NCBI GenBank assembly: GCA_017625755.1
Contig: JAGAKG010000057.1
Location: forward strand, 1,734-65,733
Length of the DNA: 64,000 nucleotides
Direction: 5' to 3'
DNA from: Clostridia bacterium
GTDB taxonomy: Bacteria > Bacillota > Clostridia > Oscillospirales > CAG-272
Below are positions 18,832-29,396 of this stretch, piece after piece. The notes beneath the pieces were generated by a model, which had not been told where the DNA came from, ran no database searches, and saw nothing but the letters and a program-made list of their open reading frames with translations. Position 1 is the stretch's first letter. The number at the start of each line of letters is the position of its first letter. Made by a program: the position numbers and the translations under genes.

Positions 18832-19593
18832 TTACCAGTCCTTATCGACAAGCGTCGTTATTATAACGCCGTCACTCGTAAGGGCTACCGTATTTTCATA
18901 GTGCGACGACAGGCTCTTATCTGCGGTCTTGACCGTCCACCCGTCGGGCATTTCGTAAACATCCTCGGTTCCGACATTGACCATCGGCTCTATCGCCAAG
19001 GTCATTCCCGCGCACAGTCTCGTTCCGCGTCCCGCGGTTCCGAAATTCGGAACATCGGGCTGCTCGTGAAGCTCTCGCCCCACTCCGTGACCGATATAAC
19101 GGCGGACTACCGAAAATCCTTCTTTTTCAACACAATTTTGGATAGCACTTCCGACATCGCCTATTCTGTTACCCGTCCTGAGCATTTCGACTCCCGCAAA
19201 AAAGCTGTTCCGAGTTACCTCGATAAGCTTCATCGCCTCGTCGCTTACCTTTCCGACAGGTATCGTTCTCGCGCTGTCTCCGTGAAATCCCTTATAGAAA
19301 GCGCCCACATCTATCTTGACGATGTCCCCCTCACGCAGAATTCTCTTTTTAGAGGGAATTCCGTGAATGACCTCGTCGTTTATGCTGATACACGCGGAGC
19401 CGGGGAATCCCGCATATCCGAGGAAGGATGGCTTTGCCCCACAGCGCTCGATATACCCTCTTATGATGGTATCAAGCTCCTTGGTGCTGACTCCTTCTCG
19501 GACATGCTCTCTGGCGAGGAGTAACGCCTCACCTGTGATTCTTCCCGCTTCCTTCATTGCTGAAATCTGAGCGGAATTTTTTAGTTGAATCAT
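18832..19593 (-). CDS. map: Methionine aminopeptidase type I
   Basis: CISINDEVIHGIP, GHGVG..LHE, AIEPM and HYENT motifs. Confidence 0.98.
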   Translation of the reverse strand: MIQLKNSAQISAMKEAGRITGEALLLAREHVREGVSTKELDTIIRGYIERCGAKPSFLGYAGFPGSACISINDEVIHGIPSKKRILREGDIVKIDVGAFYKGFHGDSARTIPVGKVSDEAMKLIEVTRNSFFAGVEMLRTGNRIGDVGSAIQNCVEKEGFSVVRRYIGHGVGRELHEQPDVPNFGTAGRGTRLCAGMTLAIEPMVNVGTEDVYEMPDGWTVKTADKSLSSHYENTVALTSDGVIITTLVDKDW

Positions 19594-19595
19594 GC

Positions 19596-20237
19596 TTACG
19601 CCTCAAATTTTTCAAGTGCCTGGAACACATTCGCGGTGGTATCCTCCACACGCTCCATACCCTTTGCGCAAACAAGAATTCCCTTCTTTTCGTAGTAATC
19701 CTTGAGCGGCTCGGTTATTTCGTGGTATGTGTTCAAGCGTTTGATAACCGTTTCGGCTGCGTCGTCGTCTCTGATATAGAGAGCGGACGAGCAAGCATCA
19801 CAGACATCTGCTTTTTTCGGGGGGTTGTATACGACATGATAGGATGCTCCGCAGGACGAGCAGATTCTTCTTCCGCTCATTCGCTCGATGATCTTCTCAT
19901 CTTCAACCTCAATGCTGAGGACAGCATCTATCTTGACTCCCATCGCGTCGAGTGCCTCTGCCTGAGGTATCGAGCGAGGAAATCCGTCGAGTATGAAACC
20001 GTTTTTGCATTTGTCCGATGCAAGGTAATCCTTGATTATCCCGATAACTACCTCATCGGGAACAAGCTTACCCGCATCCATATAGGATTTAGCGGAAAGT
20101 CCCATCTCCGTGCCTTCCTTAACGGCAGCGCGGAGCATATCTCCTGTGGAGACCGCGGGAATATTCCACTTCTCCGAAATTTTTGTTGACTGAGTTCCTT
20201 TTCCTGCGCCGGGAGCGCCCAACAAAATAAGCTTCAT
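19596..20237 (-). CDS. adk: Adenylate kinase
   Basis: GAPGAGKGTQ, LDGFPR and a Cys4 zinc lid. Confidence 0.99.
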   Translation of the reverse strand: MKLILLGAPGAGKGTQSTKISEKWNIPAVSTGDMLRAAVKEGTEMGLSAKSYMDAGKLVPDEVVIGIIKDYLASDKCKNGFILDGFPRSIPQAEALDAMGVKIDAVLSIEVEDEKIIERMSGRRICSSCGASYHVVYNPPKKADVCDACSSALYIRDDDAAETVIKRLNTYHEITEPLKDYYEKKGILVCAKGMERVEDTTANVFQALEKFEA

Positions 20238-20267
20238 TGTGTTTCCTCCAGTTTTGGTTTGGAATTA

Positions 20268-21608
20268 TCAATCAAGGAATCCCTTATAATTTCTGAGCGA
20301 CATCTGAGCCTCAAGCTCACGAACCGTCTCAAGCGCAACGCCTACAACGATGATAAGCGAGGAGCCTCCGAACGAGAGCGCCGCAAAGTCGAAATTATAT
20401 GTGAGTTTTTCTATATTGTCGAGTATCTGGGTATCAATCATATTGATAACCATCGGGAAGCAAGCGATAAACGCGACAATGATTGCGCCAAGAAGGGTAA
20501 TTCTGTTAAGAATCTTCTTGATGTAGATCACCGTGGGTTTACCCGAACGGATTCCGGGAACTGCTCCGCCGTTGTTCTTGATGTTGTTCGCTACCTCAAC
20601 GGGATCGAAGGATATCGATACATAGAAGTATGCGAAGAAGAACAGAAGAACAAGGAATATCAACAAATAGGGCAACGAGTCATAGTTGAACCATTTCTCA
20701 ACCCATTTAGCAAAACCGCTGTCGGTGTTCATAAAGCTTGCGATGGTTGCGGGAAGCGCAACTATCGAGTTTGCGAAGATGATAGGCATAACTCCGGCCA
20801 TATTGACCTTCAGAGGAAGGTTTGTGTTCTGACCGCCATACATCTTTCTGCCGACAACTCTCTTTGCGTACTGAATCGGGATTCTTCTCTCTGCGTCAGA
20901 CATCCATACTATTATCATAATCATTCCGAGAAGAACGAGTATCTCGAATATCGCAACGATAAGTCCTCTCCAGTCAAATCCGCTGAATCCGCCGCTTGTG
21001 AATACGGTGGACCAGATCGACTGAAGCATACCGAACATACCCGCGATGATGTTTGCGAAAAGGATGATCGATATACCGTTACCGATACCCGACTCATTGA
21101 TCTTCTCTGCAAGCCACATTACGAGAGCCGCGCCCGCACAGTAGCACGCTACGATGACCGCACCGCTGAACCAAGTGATATCGCCAACGAGATAATCAGA
21201 CGCGTTCAGATAGAATGCGTATCCTATCGCGGTTATAAGCGCGAGACCAACCGTGACGATACGAGTCAGCGCATTGATCTTCTTTCTTCCCTCCTCGCCC
21301 TGCTTAGCAAGTCTCTGAAGGGGTCCGATCGCAACTGTGAGAAGCTGAATTACGATAGATGCCGTAATGTAAGGCGAAACGCCGAGCGCAAAGAGGGTCG
21401 CTCTTCCGAGAGCGTCGCCGGAAAGAATGTTAAGGTAGTACAGGATAGTGCCATCAAATGCGTCCTTAGCGCCCTCGAACACCTCTGCGTTTACATAGGG
21501 TACGGGGATATTTGCGCCAAGTCGGTAAAGCACGATGATGAGTAATGTGAAGAGAAGCTTACTTCTAAGCTCAGGAATTCTCCAGGCATTTTTCAGCGTC
21601 TTAAGCAT
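20268..21608 (-). CDS. secY: Preprotein translocase subunit SecY
   Basis: LGVSPYITASIVIQLL, GIGNGIS, GVMPIIFA and multiple TM segments. Confidence 0.99.
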   Translation of the reverse strand: MLKTLKNAWRIPELRSKLLFTLLIIVLYRLGANIPVPYVNAEVFEGAKDAFDGTILYYLNILSGDALGRATLFALGVSPYITASIVIQLLTVAIGPLQRLAKQGEEGRKKINALTRIVTVGLALITAIGYAFYLNASDYLVGDITWFSGAVIVACYCAGAALVMWLAEKINESGIGNGISIILFANIIAGMFGMLQSIWSTVFTSGGFSGFDWRGLIVAIFEILVLLGMIMIIVWMSDAERRIPIQYAKRVVGRKMYGGQNTNLPLKVNMAGVMPIIFANSIVALPATIASFMNTDSGFAKWVEKWFNYDSLPYLLIFLVLLFFFAYFYVSISFDPVEVANNIKNNGGAVPGIRSGKPTVIYIKKILNRITLLGAIIVAFIACFPMVINMIDTQILDNIEKLTYNFDFAALSFGGSSLIIVVGVALETVRELEAQMSLRNYKGFLD

Positions 21609-21610
21609 CC

Positions 21611-22051
21611 TTATACCTCCTCAGTCTTTCCACCTGCTGCTTCTATCTTTTCCTTAGCTGTTGCCGAAAAGACTGTCGCTTTGACAGTTATTTTTTTGGT
21701 GAGCTCGCCGCCGCCGAGGACCTTGAGTCCGTCCATAGGCTTGCGAACTATTCTTTTCTCAACCAGGGTTGCGAGATCAACTACTGCTCCGTCCTCAAAC
21801 TTATTGAGTGCCGAAACATTTACTATTGCATAATTGACAGCAAATCTGTTCTTGAAGCCTCTCTTGGGAAGCTTTCTGTACAGGGGGAGCTGTCCACCCT
21901 CAAATCCGGGTCTTACTCCGCCGCCCGAGCGCGCGTTCTGACCCTTGTGTCCCTTACCTGCGGTCTTGCCGTTTCCGGAGCCGGGACCTCTGCCCTTACG
22001 CCATGCGGACTTTACAGAGCCCGCTGCCGGTGAAAGTTCATTAAGTTTCAT
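21611..22051 (-). CDS. rplO: 50S ribosomal protein L15
   Basis: [19 protein letters not shown]...GFEGGQLPL. Confidence 0.99.
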   Translation of the reverse strand: MKLNELSPAAGSVKSAWRKGRGPGSGNGKTAGKGHKGQNARSGGGVRPGFEGGQLPLYRKLPKRGFKNRFAVNYAIVNVSALNKFEDGAVVDLATLVEKRIVRKPMDGLKVLGGGELTKKITVKATVFSATAKEKIEAAGGKTEEV

Positions 22052-22063
22052 CTTGCTACCTCC

Positions 22064-22237
22064 TTATACGATTTCAACCTTGACGAGGTGAGAGATAACC
22101 TTGATCTTGCCTGCAAGCACAGCATTGTCCTCGTGAACGATGCTATCGCCTATCTTAACAAGTCCGAGAGACTTCGCCGTTGCCTTCTGGTTGGGCTTTG
22201 CACCGATGGTGCTCTTTACGAGAGTTACTTTTTTCAT
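22064..22237 (-). CDS. rpmD: 50S ribosomal protein L30
   Basis: Hand translation MKKVTLVKSTIGAKPNQKATAKSLGLVKIGDSIVHEDNAVLAGKIKVISHLVKVEIV*, at the canonical position. Confidence 0.95.
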   Translation of the reverse strand: MKKVTLVKSTIGAKPNQKATAKSLGLVKIGDSIVHEDNAVLAGKIKVISHLVKVEIV

Positions 22238-22250
22238 CTTTTCGCCCTCC

Positions 22251-22754
22251 TTATGCCTTTACCTGATCAACGGAGATGTCACGAATCTTCGCAACCTCAT
22301 CTGCGGTGCGGAGCGCCTCAAGTCCTGCAATAGTTGCCTTAACAACATTTGTAGGATTGTTTGAACGGAGGCACTTTGCACGAATGTTGGAGATACCTGC
22401 CAGTTCGAGAACTGCTCTTACCTTACCACCCGCGATAATACCTGTACCGGGAGCGGCGGGCTTAAGAAGAACCTTACCTGCTCCGAACTCACCGATTACC
22501 TCGTGGGGGATCGTTGAACCCTTAAGGGATACTGTTATCATATTTTTCTTTGCATCTTCAATTCCCTTGCGGATCGCCTCGGGAACCTCAGCTGCCTTTC
22601 CAAGTCCTACGCCTACATGACCGTTTCCGTCACCAACAACCATGATTGCTGCAAAACGGGCGATACGACCACCTTTAACGGTCTTGGAAACACGGTTCAA
22701 TGCGACGAGCTGCTCACGAAGATCAAGCTCTGCCGGATTAATTTTTGTTGACAT
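22251..22754 (-). CDS. rpsE: 30S ribosomal protein S5
   Basis: [10 protein letters not shown]...[12 protein letters not shown]; start at ATG 22754. Confidence 0.98.
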   Translation of the reverse strand: MSTKINPAELDLREQLVALNRVSKTVKGGRIARFAAIMVVGDGNGHVGVGLGKAAEVPEAIRKGIEDAKKNMITVSLKGSTIPHEVIGEFGAGKVLLKPAAPGTGIIAGGKVRAVLELAGISNIRAKCLRSNNPTNVVKATIAGLEALRTADEVAKIRDISVDQVKA

Positions 22755-22837
22755 GTGTTTTCCTCCTGAAATTTTGTTCAATACAATTTATTGTGTTTGA
22801 ACAGTGTACAAACCGGACTAACCACCCTTGCGGGAGA

Positions 22838-23197
22838 TTAGAACTTCAAGCCGCCCTCGCGAGCGCCGTCAGCCAATTCCGATACACGTCCGTGATAAAG
22901 ATAGCCGCCTCTGTCGAATACGACTTCGGTGATACCCTTTGCCGCTGCCTTTTCAGCGATTGCTTTTCCTACTGCTCTTGCAGCTTCCTTGTTTCCGCCG
23001 TTGCCCTGGAAATCCTTCTCATAGGTAGAAGCAGAAACCAATGTTACACCTGCAACATCGTCAATGATCTGAGCGCTAATGTTCGCATTCGAACGATATA
23101 CCGCCAAACGGGGACGAGCTGCCGTGCCAGAAATCTTTGCTCTGACTCTCTTATGTCTCTTAAGACGAGCCTTATTTGCGTCTTTTCTTGATACCAT
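22838..23197 (-). CDS. rplR: 50S ribosomal protein L18
   Basis: RPRLAVYRS...[13 protein letters not shown]...AREGGLKF. Confidence 0.99.
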   Translation of the reverse strand: MVSRKDANKARLKRHKRVRAKISGTAARPRLAVYRSNANISAQIIDDVAGVTLVSASTYEKDFQGNGGNKEAARAVGKAIAEKAAAKGITEVVFDRGGYLYHGRVSELADGAREGGLKF

Positions 23198-23215
23198 TTG
23201 CGTCTACTCCTTTCA

Positions 23216-23788
23216 TTATTTACCGGTTTTTCCGGCCTTGCGGCGAATTCTCTCATCAGCGTACTTAACACCCTTGCCATGATAGGGCTCGGGGGGTCTC
23301 TTACTTCTGATTACCGCTGCCATCTGTCCGACTGCCTGCTTGTCTATTCCCTTAACCGTGATGGTTATCGGAACAGCCTTCTCGGCAACCTCAAGCGTAA
23401 TTCCTTCGGGCTCGGTGATGCAGAACTTCTCCTGGGGAGTTCCGCCCGCGAGAAGCGAGTGACCGAGATAAAGCTGAACGGTCTTTCCTACCTTCGTTGC
23501 CTTATAGCCGACACCGATTATCTCGAGTGTCTTGCTGAATCCCTTAGTTACGCCAACGACCATGTTGTTGAGGAGCGCACGGGTAAGTCCGTGAACGCTT
23601 CTGTCTTCCTTCTCGTCTGTGGGACGGGAAACGATAAGCTGTGTGCCCTCCAGCTTGATTGTCATTCTCTCGTTAAACTTTTCTGTAAGTGTTCCGAGGG
23701 GGCCCTTTACTGTTACGGTGTTATCAGCCGCGATAGTAACGGTAACTCCTGCGGGAACATCAATCGGCATTCTTCCAATTCTTGACAT
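23216..23788 (-). CDS. rplF: 50S ribosomal protein L6
   Basis: MSRIGRMPI...RPPEPYHGKGVKY. Confidence 0.98.
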   Translation of the reverse strand: MSRIGRMPIDVPAGVTVTIAADNTVTVKGPLGTLTEKFNERMTIKLEGTQLIVSRPTDEKEDRSVHGLTRALLNNMVVGVTKGFSKTLEIIGVGYKATKVGKTVQLYLGHSLLAGGTPQEKFCITEPEGITLEVAEKAVPITITVKGIDKQAVGQMAAVIRSKRPPEPYHGKGVKYADERIRRKAGKTGK

Positions 23789-23809
23789 TTTATTTACCTC
23801 CCGCTTTCA

Positions 23810-24208
23810 TTACCAAACAAACGCGAGGACTTCGCCACCGATCTTGGTAGCTCTTGCCTTCTTGTCTGTCATGATTCCCTTGGAAGTGGATACGATTGCT
23901 ATGCCGAGGCCATTCATAACCTTGGGCATATCCTCATATCCTGCGTATATACGAAGACCGGGCTTCGATATACGGCGGATTCCGCGGATAACCTTCTGCT
24001 TGCTTGCTGTGTACTTAAGTGTTACACGGATAACACCCTGCTTTCCATCCTCGATTACCTGGTAGCTCTTTACATAGCCTTCCTCAACGAGAATGTCTGC
24101 GATTGCCTTTTTCATGTTGGATGCCGGAATGTCTACAGTTGCGTGCTTTGCATCGTTCGCATTTCTGATTCTTGTAAGCATATCGGCGATTACATCTGAC
24201 ATTTGCAT
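23810..24208 (-). CDS. rpsH: 30S ribosomal protein S8
   Basis: [13 protein letters not shown]...SKPGLRIY...GGEVLAFVW; start at ATG 24208. Confidence 0.99.
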   Translation of the reverse strand: MQMSDVIADMLTRIRNANDAKHATVDIPASNMKKAIADILVEEGYVKSYQVIEDGKQGVIRVTLKYTASKQKVIRGIRRISKPGLRIYAGYEDMPKVMNGLGIAIVSTSKGIMTDKKARATKIGGEVLAFVW

Positions 24209-24404
24209 TACTTTTTTCCTCCTGTATGCAAGTAAAATTATCTTGCTGCCGAGCTTTGTCGGCGGCATATCAGCGGTTAAGCCCAACGCCTGTCTAATTC
24301 TGTGCGATTAGCTTCCTTCTGATAGTTAGGGGTTTTTCGCGCTTCGCGCGATTATGAACTCGGCACTCAAGACCTTTCGGTCTTGAATTCCGTTTCCATT
24401 TTTA

Positions 24405-24590
24405 TTACCAGCTTGCCTTCTTTACTCCGGGAATCTCGCCCTTGTATGCGAGCTCACGGAAGCAGATACGGCAAATTCCGTATTTGCGGAGATAAGCGTG
24501 GGGACGACCGCAGATCTTGCATCTGTTGTACTCACGGGTGGAGAACTTCTGCTTCTTCTGCTGCTTCAATACCATAGCCTTCTTTGCCAT
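24405..24590 (-). CDS. rpsZ: 30S ribosomal protein S14, zinc-binding type Z
   Basis: 61 aa, RCKICGR...CRICFRE...GVKKASW. Confidence 0.97.
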   Translation of the reverse strand: MAKKAMVLKQQKKQKFSTREYNRCKICGRPHAYLRKYGICRICFRELAYKGEIPGVKKASW

Positions 24591-24605
24591 CGTTACTTAC
24601 CTCCA

Positions 24606-25145
24606 TTAGTTTGCGAAGGGAGCGCCCATCAGCTTGAGGAGCTCTCTTGCTTCTTCGTCTGTTTTTGCTGTTGTTACAAAGCAGATATCCATTCCGCGGA
24701 TCTTGTCAACCTGGTCGTACTCGATTTCGGGGAATATGAGCTGCTCCTTAAGACCGAGCGCATAGTTTCCTCTACCGTCGAACGCATTGGGGTTGATACC
24801 CTTGAAGTCACGGACTCTGGGGAGTGCGAAGTTGAAGAGCTTGTCAACAAACTCATACATCGTATCGCCTCTGAGCGTTACCTTTGCGCCTATCTTCATG
24901 CCCTCACGGACCTTGAAGTTAGCGACAGACTTCTTTGCGTATGTGGGAACTGCCTTCTGACCCGAAATAGCGGTCAGATCCTTGATAACAGCGTCAAGAG
25001 CCTTGGAGTTCTCCTTTGCCTCGCCAACGCCGCAGTTGATTACGACCTTGTCGAGCTTAGGGATCTGCATCGAGCTCTTGTACTCGAACTTCTTCATAAG
25101 GGCGGGAGCAACCTCGGCCTTATATGTGTCTTTAAGTCTTGCCAT
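24606..25145 (-). CDS. rplE: 50S ribosomal protein L5
   Basis: LPRVRDFKG...FDGRGNY...IFPEI. Confidence 0.99.
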   Translation of the reverse strand: MARLKDTYKAEVAPALMKKFEYKSSMQIPKLDKVVINCGVGEAKENSKALDAVIKDLTAISGQKAVPTYAKKSVANFKVREGMKIGAKVTLRGDTMYEFVDKLFNFALPRVRDFKGINPNAFDGRGNYALGLKEQLIFPEIEYDQVDKIRGMDICFVTTAKTDEEARELLKLMGAPFAN

Positions 25146-25161
25146 CAGTCATTACCTCCCA

Positions 25162-25467
25162 TTAAAGCTCTTTTCCGCATTTTGCGCAAACGCGGATCTT
25201 CTTGCCATCGTTAATTACATGCTTAACTCTGACACCCTTGTCGCACTTAGAACAGTAAAGAGCAACCTTGGACGCATAGATTGCGCCCTCTGCATCAATG
25301 ATGCCGCTCTCATCGCCCTGCTTGCGAGCCTTTACATGCTTGTGAATAATGTTTACCTTCTCAACAAGCACCTTTCCTTCCTTAGGGGAAACGGCTATAA
25401 CCTTTCCCTTTACTCCCTTGTCGTCACCGGAAAGAACGATGACGGTATCGCCTGTCTTAATATTCAT
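25162..25467 (-). CDS. rplX: 50S ribosomal protein L24
   Basis: IKTGDTVIVLSGDDKG KOW motif; start at ATG 25467. Confidence 0.98.
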   Translation of the reverse strand: MNIKTGDTVIVLSGDDKGVKGKVIAVSPKEGKVLVEKVNIIHKHVKARKQGDESGIIDAEGAIYASKVALYCSKCDKGVRVKHVINDGKKIRVCAKCGKEL

Positions 25468-25483
25468 TTCTTCGATACCTCCA

Positions 25484-25852
25484 TTAAAGTACTTCGGGTG
25501 CGAGCGAAAGGATCTTAAGGAAATCCTTCTCGCGGAGTTCTCTTGCCACAGGGCCAAATATACGGGTTCCTCTGGGCGTCTTATCTTCTCTGATGATTAC
25601 CGCTGCGTTCTCGTCGAATTTGATGTAGGAACCGTCTGCACGCTTCATACCGTGTACGCTTCTTACTATAACAGCCTTTACTACATCGCCTTTCTTAACA
25701 ACACCGCCGGGGGCAGCCTTCTTTACGCAGGCTACTACTACATCACCGATGTTTGCGTATCTGCGGCCTGTACCGCCAAGTACGCGAATGCACATCAGCT
25801 CTTTAGCTCCGGTGTTATCGGCAACCTTCATTAATGTTTGTTGCTGTATCAC
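25484..25852 (-). CDS. rplN: 50S ribosomal protein L14
   Basis: VADNTGAK...[13 protein letters not shown]...SLAPEVL; GTG start. Confidence 0.99.
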   Translation of the reverse strand: MIQQQTLMKVADNTGAKELMCIRVLGGTGRRYANIGDVVVACVKKAAPGGVVKKGDVVKAVIVRSVHGMKRADGSYIKFDENAAVIIREDKTPRGTRIFGPVARELREKDFLKILSLAPEVL

Positions 25853-25920
25853 TTTGTTTTCCTCCTGATTTCAATACGATTTCTGCCGTATCTACTGTAT
25901 ATGGTTTTTGTGGAGCTAAA

Positions 25921-26181
25921 TTATTTAGCTTTTTCGATTATTTCGACAACGCGCCATCTCTTTGTCTTGGAGAGAGGTCTTGTCTCCATAATTTCTACCT
26001 TGTCGCCGATTCCGCACTCGTTCTTTTCGTCGTGTGCGTGAACCTTCAAGGTGTGCTTGATGATCTTTCCGTAAACAGCGTGCTTTACATTGTCCTCGAT
26101 AGCTACGACAACTGTCTTGTCCATTTTATCGCTGACTACATATCCCACTCTGGTCTTTCTAAGATTTCTTTCTTCTGTCAT
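25921..26181 (-). CDS. rpsQ: 30S ribosomal protein S17
   Basis: VVSDKMDKT...[11 protein letters not shown]. Confidence 0.99.
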   Translation of the reverse strand: MTEERNLRKTRVGYVVSDKMDKTVVVAIEDNVKHAVYGKIIKHTLKVHAHDEKNECGIGDKVEIMETRPLSKTKRWRVVEIIEKAK

Positions 26182-26193
26182 GACTATTCCTCC

Positions 26194-26394
26194 TTACGCA
26201 TTTTTCTCTGAGAGAACTGTCATTACACGAGCAATGTTTCTCTTGACTTCAACTATCTTCTGGGGGTTGTCAAGCTGGTTGATCGCGTGCTGAAAGCGGA
26301 GTGTGAAAAGCTCTTCCTTAAGATCCTTAAGCTTCTCGTTGAGCTCTTCAACGGTCATCTGCTTAAGATCTTCTGTAAACTTCTTGGTTTTCAT
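26194..26394 (-). CDS. rpmC: 50S ribosomal protein L29
   Basis: LKEELFTLRFQ...QLDNP...IARVMT. Confidence 0.97.
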   Translation of the reverse strand: MKTKKFTEDLKQMTVEELNEKLKDLKEELFTLRFQHAINQLDNPQKIVEVKRNIARVMTVLSEKNA

Positions 26395-26397
26395 AGC

Positions 26398-26811
26398 TTA
26401 TTCCTCCTCCTTCGTCACGAATTTACACTTGATGGGGAGCTTGTGAGAAGCGAGACGCATAGCCTCTCTTGCCTGCTCTACCGTAACTCCGTCCATCTCG
26501 AACATTACTCTTCCCGGCTTTACTACCGCTACCCAGTACTCAGGTGAACCCTTACCTGAACCCATTCGGGTCTCAGCAGGCTTCTCTGTGATGGGCTTGT
26601 CGGGGAAGATCTTTATCCAGACCTTACCGCCACGCTTGATGTATCTTGTCATCGCGATACGGGCTGCCTCGATCTGATTGCTTGTTATCCAAGCGGGCTC
26701 AAGTGCTACAAGTCCGTAGGAACCGTTTGTAACCTTATTGCCGCTCATTGCTTTTCCTTTAAGTCTGCCGCGCTGAACACGACGGAACTTAACTCTCTTA
26801 GGCATTAACAT
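26398..26811 (-). CDS. rplP: 50S ribosomal protein L16
   Basis: QIEAARIA...RMGSGKG...KLPIKCKF. Confidence 0.99.
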   Translation of the reverse strand: MLMPKRVKFRRVQRGRLKGKAMSGNKVTNGSYGLVALEPAWITSNQIEAARIAMTRYIKRGGKVWIKIFPDKPITEKPAETRMGSGKGSPEYWVAVVKPGRVMFEMDGVTVEQAREAMRLASHKLPIKCKFVTKEEE

Positions 26812-27578
26812 TATTTACGACCTCCTTCTCTCGGAGCTCTCTCGCCTCTTGCTCCCTCGGGGCGGCGTCCGCGTCTCTCACCGCCACGGTTGTCACGGCG
26901 ATCTCCGCGTCTCTGCTCTCTGGGTGCGTTTGTGCTCTGTCTGTTTACCTCGTTAAGAACCTCGCCCTTGTATATCCATACCTTGACGCCGATCTTACCG
27001 TAGGTTGTGTTTGCTTCCCAGAAACCGTAATCAATGTCGGCTCTGAGTGTCTGAAGCGGGATCGTTCCCTCGTGATAATGCTCACTTCTCGCGATCTCGG
27101 CTCCTGCGAGACGACCGCTGCAGGAAATCTTGATTCCCTTTGCTCCGAGTCTCATCGTGTTTCTTATCGCCATCTTCATTGCACGGCGGAAAGCTACACG
27201 GTTCTCAAGCTGCATTGCGATATTCTCTGCTACCAACTGCGCGTTGAGGTCAGGCTGTCTTACCTCAACAACATTGAGGGCAACGGGCATTCCAACCATC
27301 TTCTGAAGCTCATTCTTGTACTTCTCGATTTCAACGCCGCCGCGGCCGATTACCATACCGGGCTTTGCGCAATGGATGAAAACTCTGACTCTCTGGCTGT
27401 CGCGCTCGATTTCTATCTTCGGCACGCCTGCGCTCTGGAGTTCTTTCTTAAGATATTTTCTTATTTTGTAGTCGGACACAATGGTGTCGCCGAACTTTTC
27501 GTCAGCCACGAACCATCTGGAGTCCCAGTTCTTTATTACGCCCACACGAAGACCGTGGGGATTAACCTTCTGTCCCAT
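26811..27578 (-). CDS. rpsC: 30S ribosomal protein S3
   Basis: [11 protein letters not shown]...[10 protein letters not shown]...[11 protein letters not shown]. Confidence 0.99.
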   Translation of the reverse strand: MGQKVNPHGLRVGVIKNWDSRWFVADEKFGDTIVSDYKIRKYLKKELQSAGVPKIEIERDSQRVRVFIHCAKPGMVIGRGGVEIEKYKNELQKMVGMPVALNVVEVRQPDLNAQLVAENIAMQLENRVAFRRAMKMAIRNTMRLGAKGIKISCSGRLAGAEIARSEHYHEGTIPLQTLRADIDYGFWEANTTYGKIGVKVWIYKGEVLNEVNRQSTNAPREQRRGDRRDNRGGERRGRRPEGARGERAPREGGRK

Positions 27579-27597
27579 TAGCTCTTACCTCCTTCTC

Positions 27598-27933
27598 TCA
27601 GTCTCTTTCTTTAACCACTATGGTTACATGGGATGTTCTCTTGAGTATTCTGTCTGCGCTTCCCTTTGCTCTGGGCATAATTCTCTTCAGAGTAGGACCG
27701 GGGCATACGAAGCACTCGGATACATAAAGTCTTGAAACATCCATATTGAAATTGTTGTCTGCGTTTGCAATTGCACTTCCCAGCAGTTTTACAAGATATT
27801 CCGAAGCACTCTTATTTGTGTTCTTCAGAATTGCCATTGCTGTTCCAGCGTCCTTACCTCTGATGAGGTCGAGAACGATCTTGACCTTGCGCGGGGAAAT
27901 TCTTGCATATTTAAGCGTTGCTCTTGCTTCCAT
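27598..27933 (-). CDS. rplV: 50S ribosomal protein L22
   Basis: RISPRKV...SAIANA...KRTSHVT; start at ATG 27933. Confidence 0.98.
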   Translation of the reverse strand: MEARATLKYARISPRKVKIVLDLIRGKDAGTAMAILKNTNKSASEYLVKLLGSAIANADNNFNMDVSRLYVSECFVCPGPTLKRIMPRAKGSADRILKRTSHVTIVVKERD

Positions 27934-27956
27934 CTTAAATTCTTCCTCCCTTTGCA

Positions 27957-28238
27957 TTATTTACCGTTGTTTGATGTCTTGGAACCTGCGTGGCCCTTGA
28001 ATGTTCTTGTAAGCGCGAACTCGCCGAGCTTGTGTCCGACCATATCCTCGGTCACATATACCGGAACATGCTTTCTTCCGTCGTGAACCGCGATCGTGTG
28101 TCCGACAAACTCAGGGAATATTGTCGACGCACGAGACCATGTCTTGAGAACTTTCTTCTCGTTCTTTTCGTTCATAGCGCAAATTCTCGCGTAGAGCTTC
28201 GCTTCTACAAACGGTGCTTTTTTAAGGCTTCTGCTCAT
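27957..28238 (-). CDS. rpsS: 30S ribosomal protein S19
   Basis: KTWSRAS...MVGHKLGEF. Confidence 0.99.
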   Translation of the reverse strand: MSRSLKKAPFVEAKLYARICAMNEKNEKKVLKTWSRASTIFPEFVGHTIAVHDGRKHVPVYVTEDMVGHKLGEFALTRTFKGHAGSKTSNNGK

Positions 28239-28252
28239 CTTATATTCCCTCC

Positions 28253-29083
28253 TTATTTAGCGTTTCTGCGTTTTACGATGAATTTGTCTGTTCTAGCCTT
28301 CTTGTTTCTGGTCTTATAACCCAGAGCAGGCTTGCCCCAAGGTGTAACAGGCGAAGGACGACCGATAGGAGACTTTCCTTCTCCACCACCGTGAGGGTGG
28401 TCGCAGGGGTTCATTACAGAACCGCGAACCGTGGGACGAATGCCCATGTGTCTCTTCTTACCGGCCTTACCTATCTTAACGGTGTCGTGCTCAATGTTGC
28501 CGACCTGTCCGATAGTTGCCTTGCACTCGAGACGGATATAACGAACTTCGCCCGAAGGAAGTCTTACCTGCGCAACTCCGTTCTCCTTGGAGATGAGCTG
28601 TGCGGCAACGCCCGCTGCACGAGCAAGCTGTGCGCCCTTACCGGGGTAAAGCTCGATGTTGTGGATGAATGTACCCACAGGAATGTTCTCGATGGGGAGA
28701 GTGTTACCGGGCTTGATATCTGCGTCAGCGCCGGTGTATACCTTATCGCCCGCGGTGAGTCCCACAGGAGCTATGATGTAGCTCTTATCGCCCTCGTCGT
28801 TCTGGAGGAGCGCGATGTATGCGGTTCTGTTGGGGTCGTACTCAATTCCGACAACCGTTGCGGGAGCGGTATTAGCTCTCTTGAAATCGATAATTCTGTA
28901 CTTGATCTTGTTTCCGCCGCCCTTATGACGAACTGTTATTCTTCCGTAGCTGTTACGGCCTGCGTGCTTTTTCTTGATAACAACGAGGCTCTTTTCGGGA
29001 GTTGACTTTGTGATCTCCTCGAAAGTCGGAACAGACATATGTCTTCTGGACGGTGTAGTAGGTTTAAATTTCTTCGTAGGCAT
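28253..29083 (-). CDS. rplB: 50S ribosomal protein L2
   Basis: YDPNRTA...[21 protein letters not shown]. Confidence 0.99.
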   Translation of the reverse strand: MPTKKFKPTTPSRRHMSVPTFEEITKSTPEKSLVVIKKKHAGRNSYGRITVRHKGGGNKIKYRIIDFKRANTAPATVVGIEYDPNRTAYIALLQNDEGDKSYIIAPVGLTAGDKVYTGADADIKPGNTLPIENIPVGTFIHNIELYPGKGAQLARAAGVAAQLISKENGVAQVRLPSGEVRYIRLECKATIGQVGNIEHDTVKIGKAGKKRHMGIRPTVRGSVMNPCDHPHGGGEGKSPIGRPSPVTPWGKPALGYKTRNKKARTDKFIVKRRNAK

Positions 29084-29102
29084 TACTCTTTACCTCCTAC
29101 CA

Positions 29103-29396
29103 TCAGTTAAGACCGTCAAAGAACTCAATGGTCTTTGAATCGGACTTCAGTGTTACGATAGCCTTTTTCCATTCGGAGGTATAACCTGCGTGTACTCCGA
29201 GTCTCTTGGGCTTCTTCTTCATGTTGATTGTATTAACCTTATCAACCTTAACATTGAACATAGCCTCAACTGCCTTGGCAATCTCGGGCTTTGTTGCGTC
29301 TTTTCTTACCTTGAAGGTATATTTCTTATCGCCGATTCTGTCCATGCTTGCCTCGGTGATAACAGGCTTGATTATGATATCCTGAATCATTTTCAT
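29103..29396 (-). CDS. rplW: 50S ribosomal protein L23
   Basis: PVITE...KYTF...WKKAIVTL. Confidence 0.98.
   Translation of the reverse strand: MKMIQDIIIKPVITEASMDRIGDKKYTFKVRKDATKPEIAKAVEAMFNVKVDKVNTINMKKKPKRLGVHAGYTSEWKKAIVTLKSDSKTIEFFDGLN

Noticed and set aside
25162-25557. Apparent rplN/rplX overlap and N-terminal extensions of L24, S8, S5, L22, L3, RfbH and RpoZ in the ORF track
   Set aside because: These come from choosing the most upstream start. RBS-supported downstream ATGs give canonical lengths.
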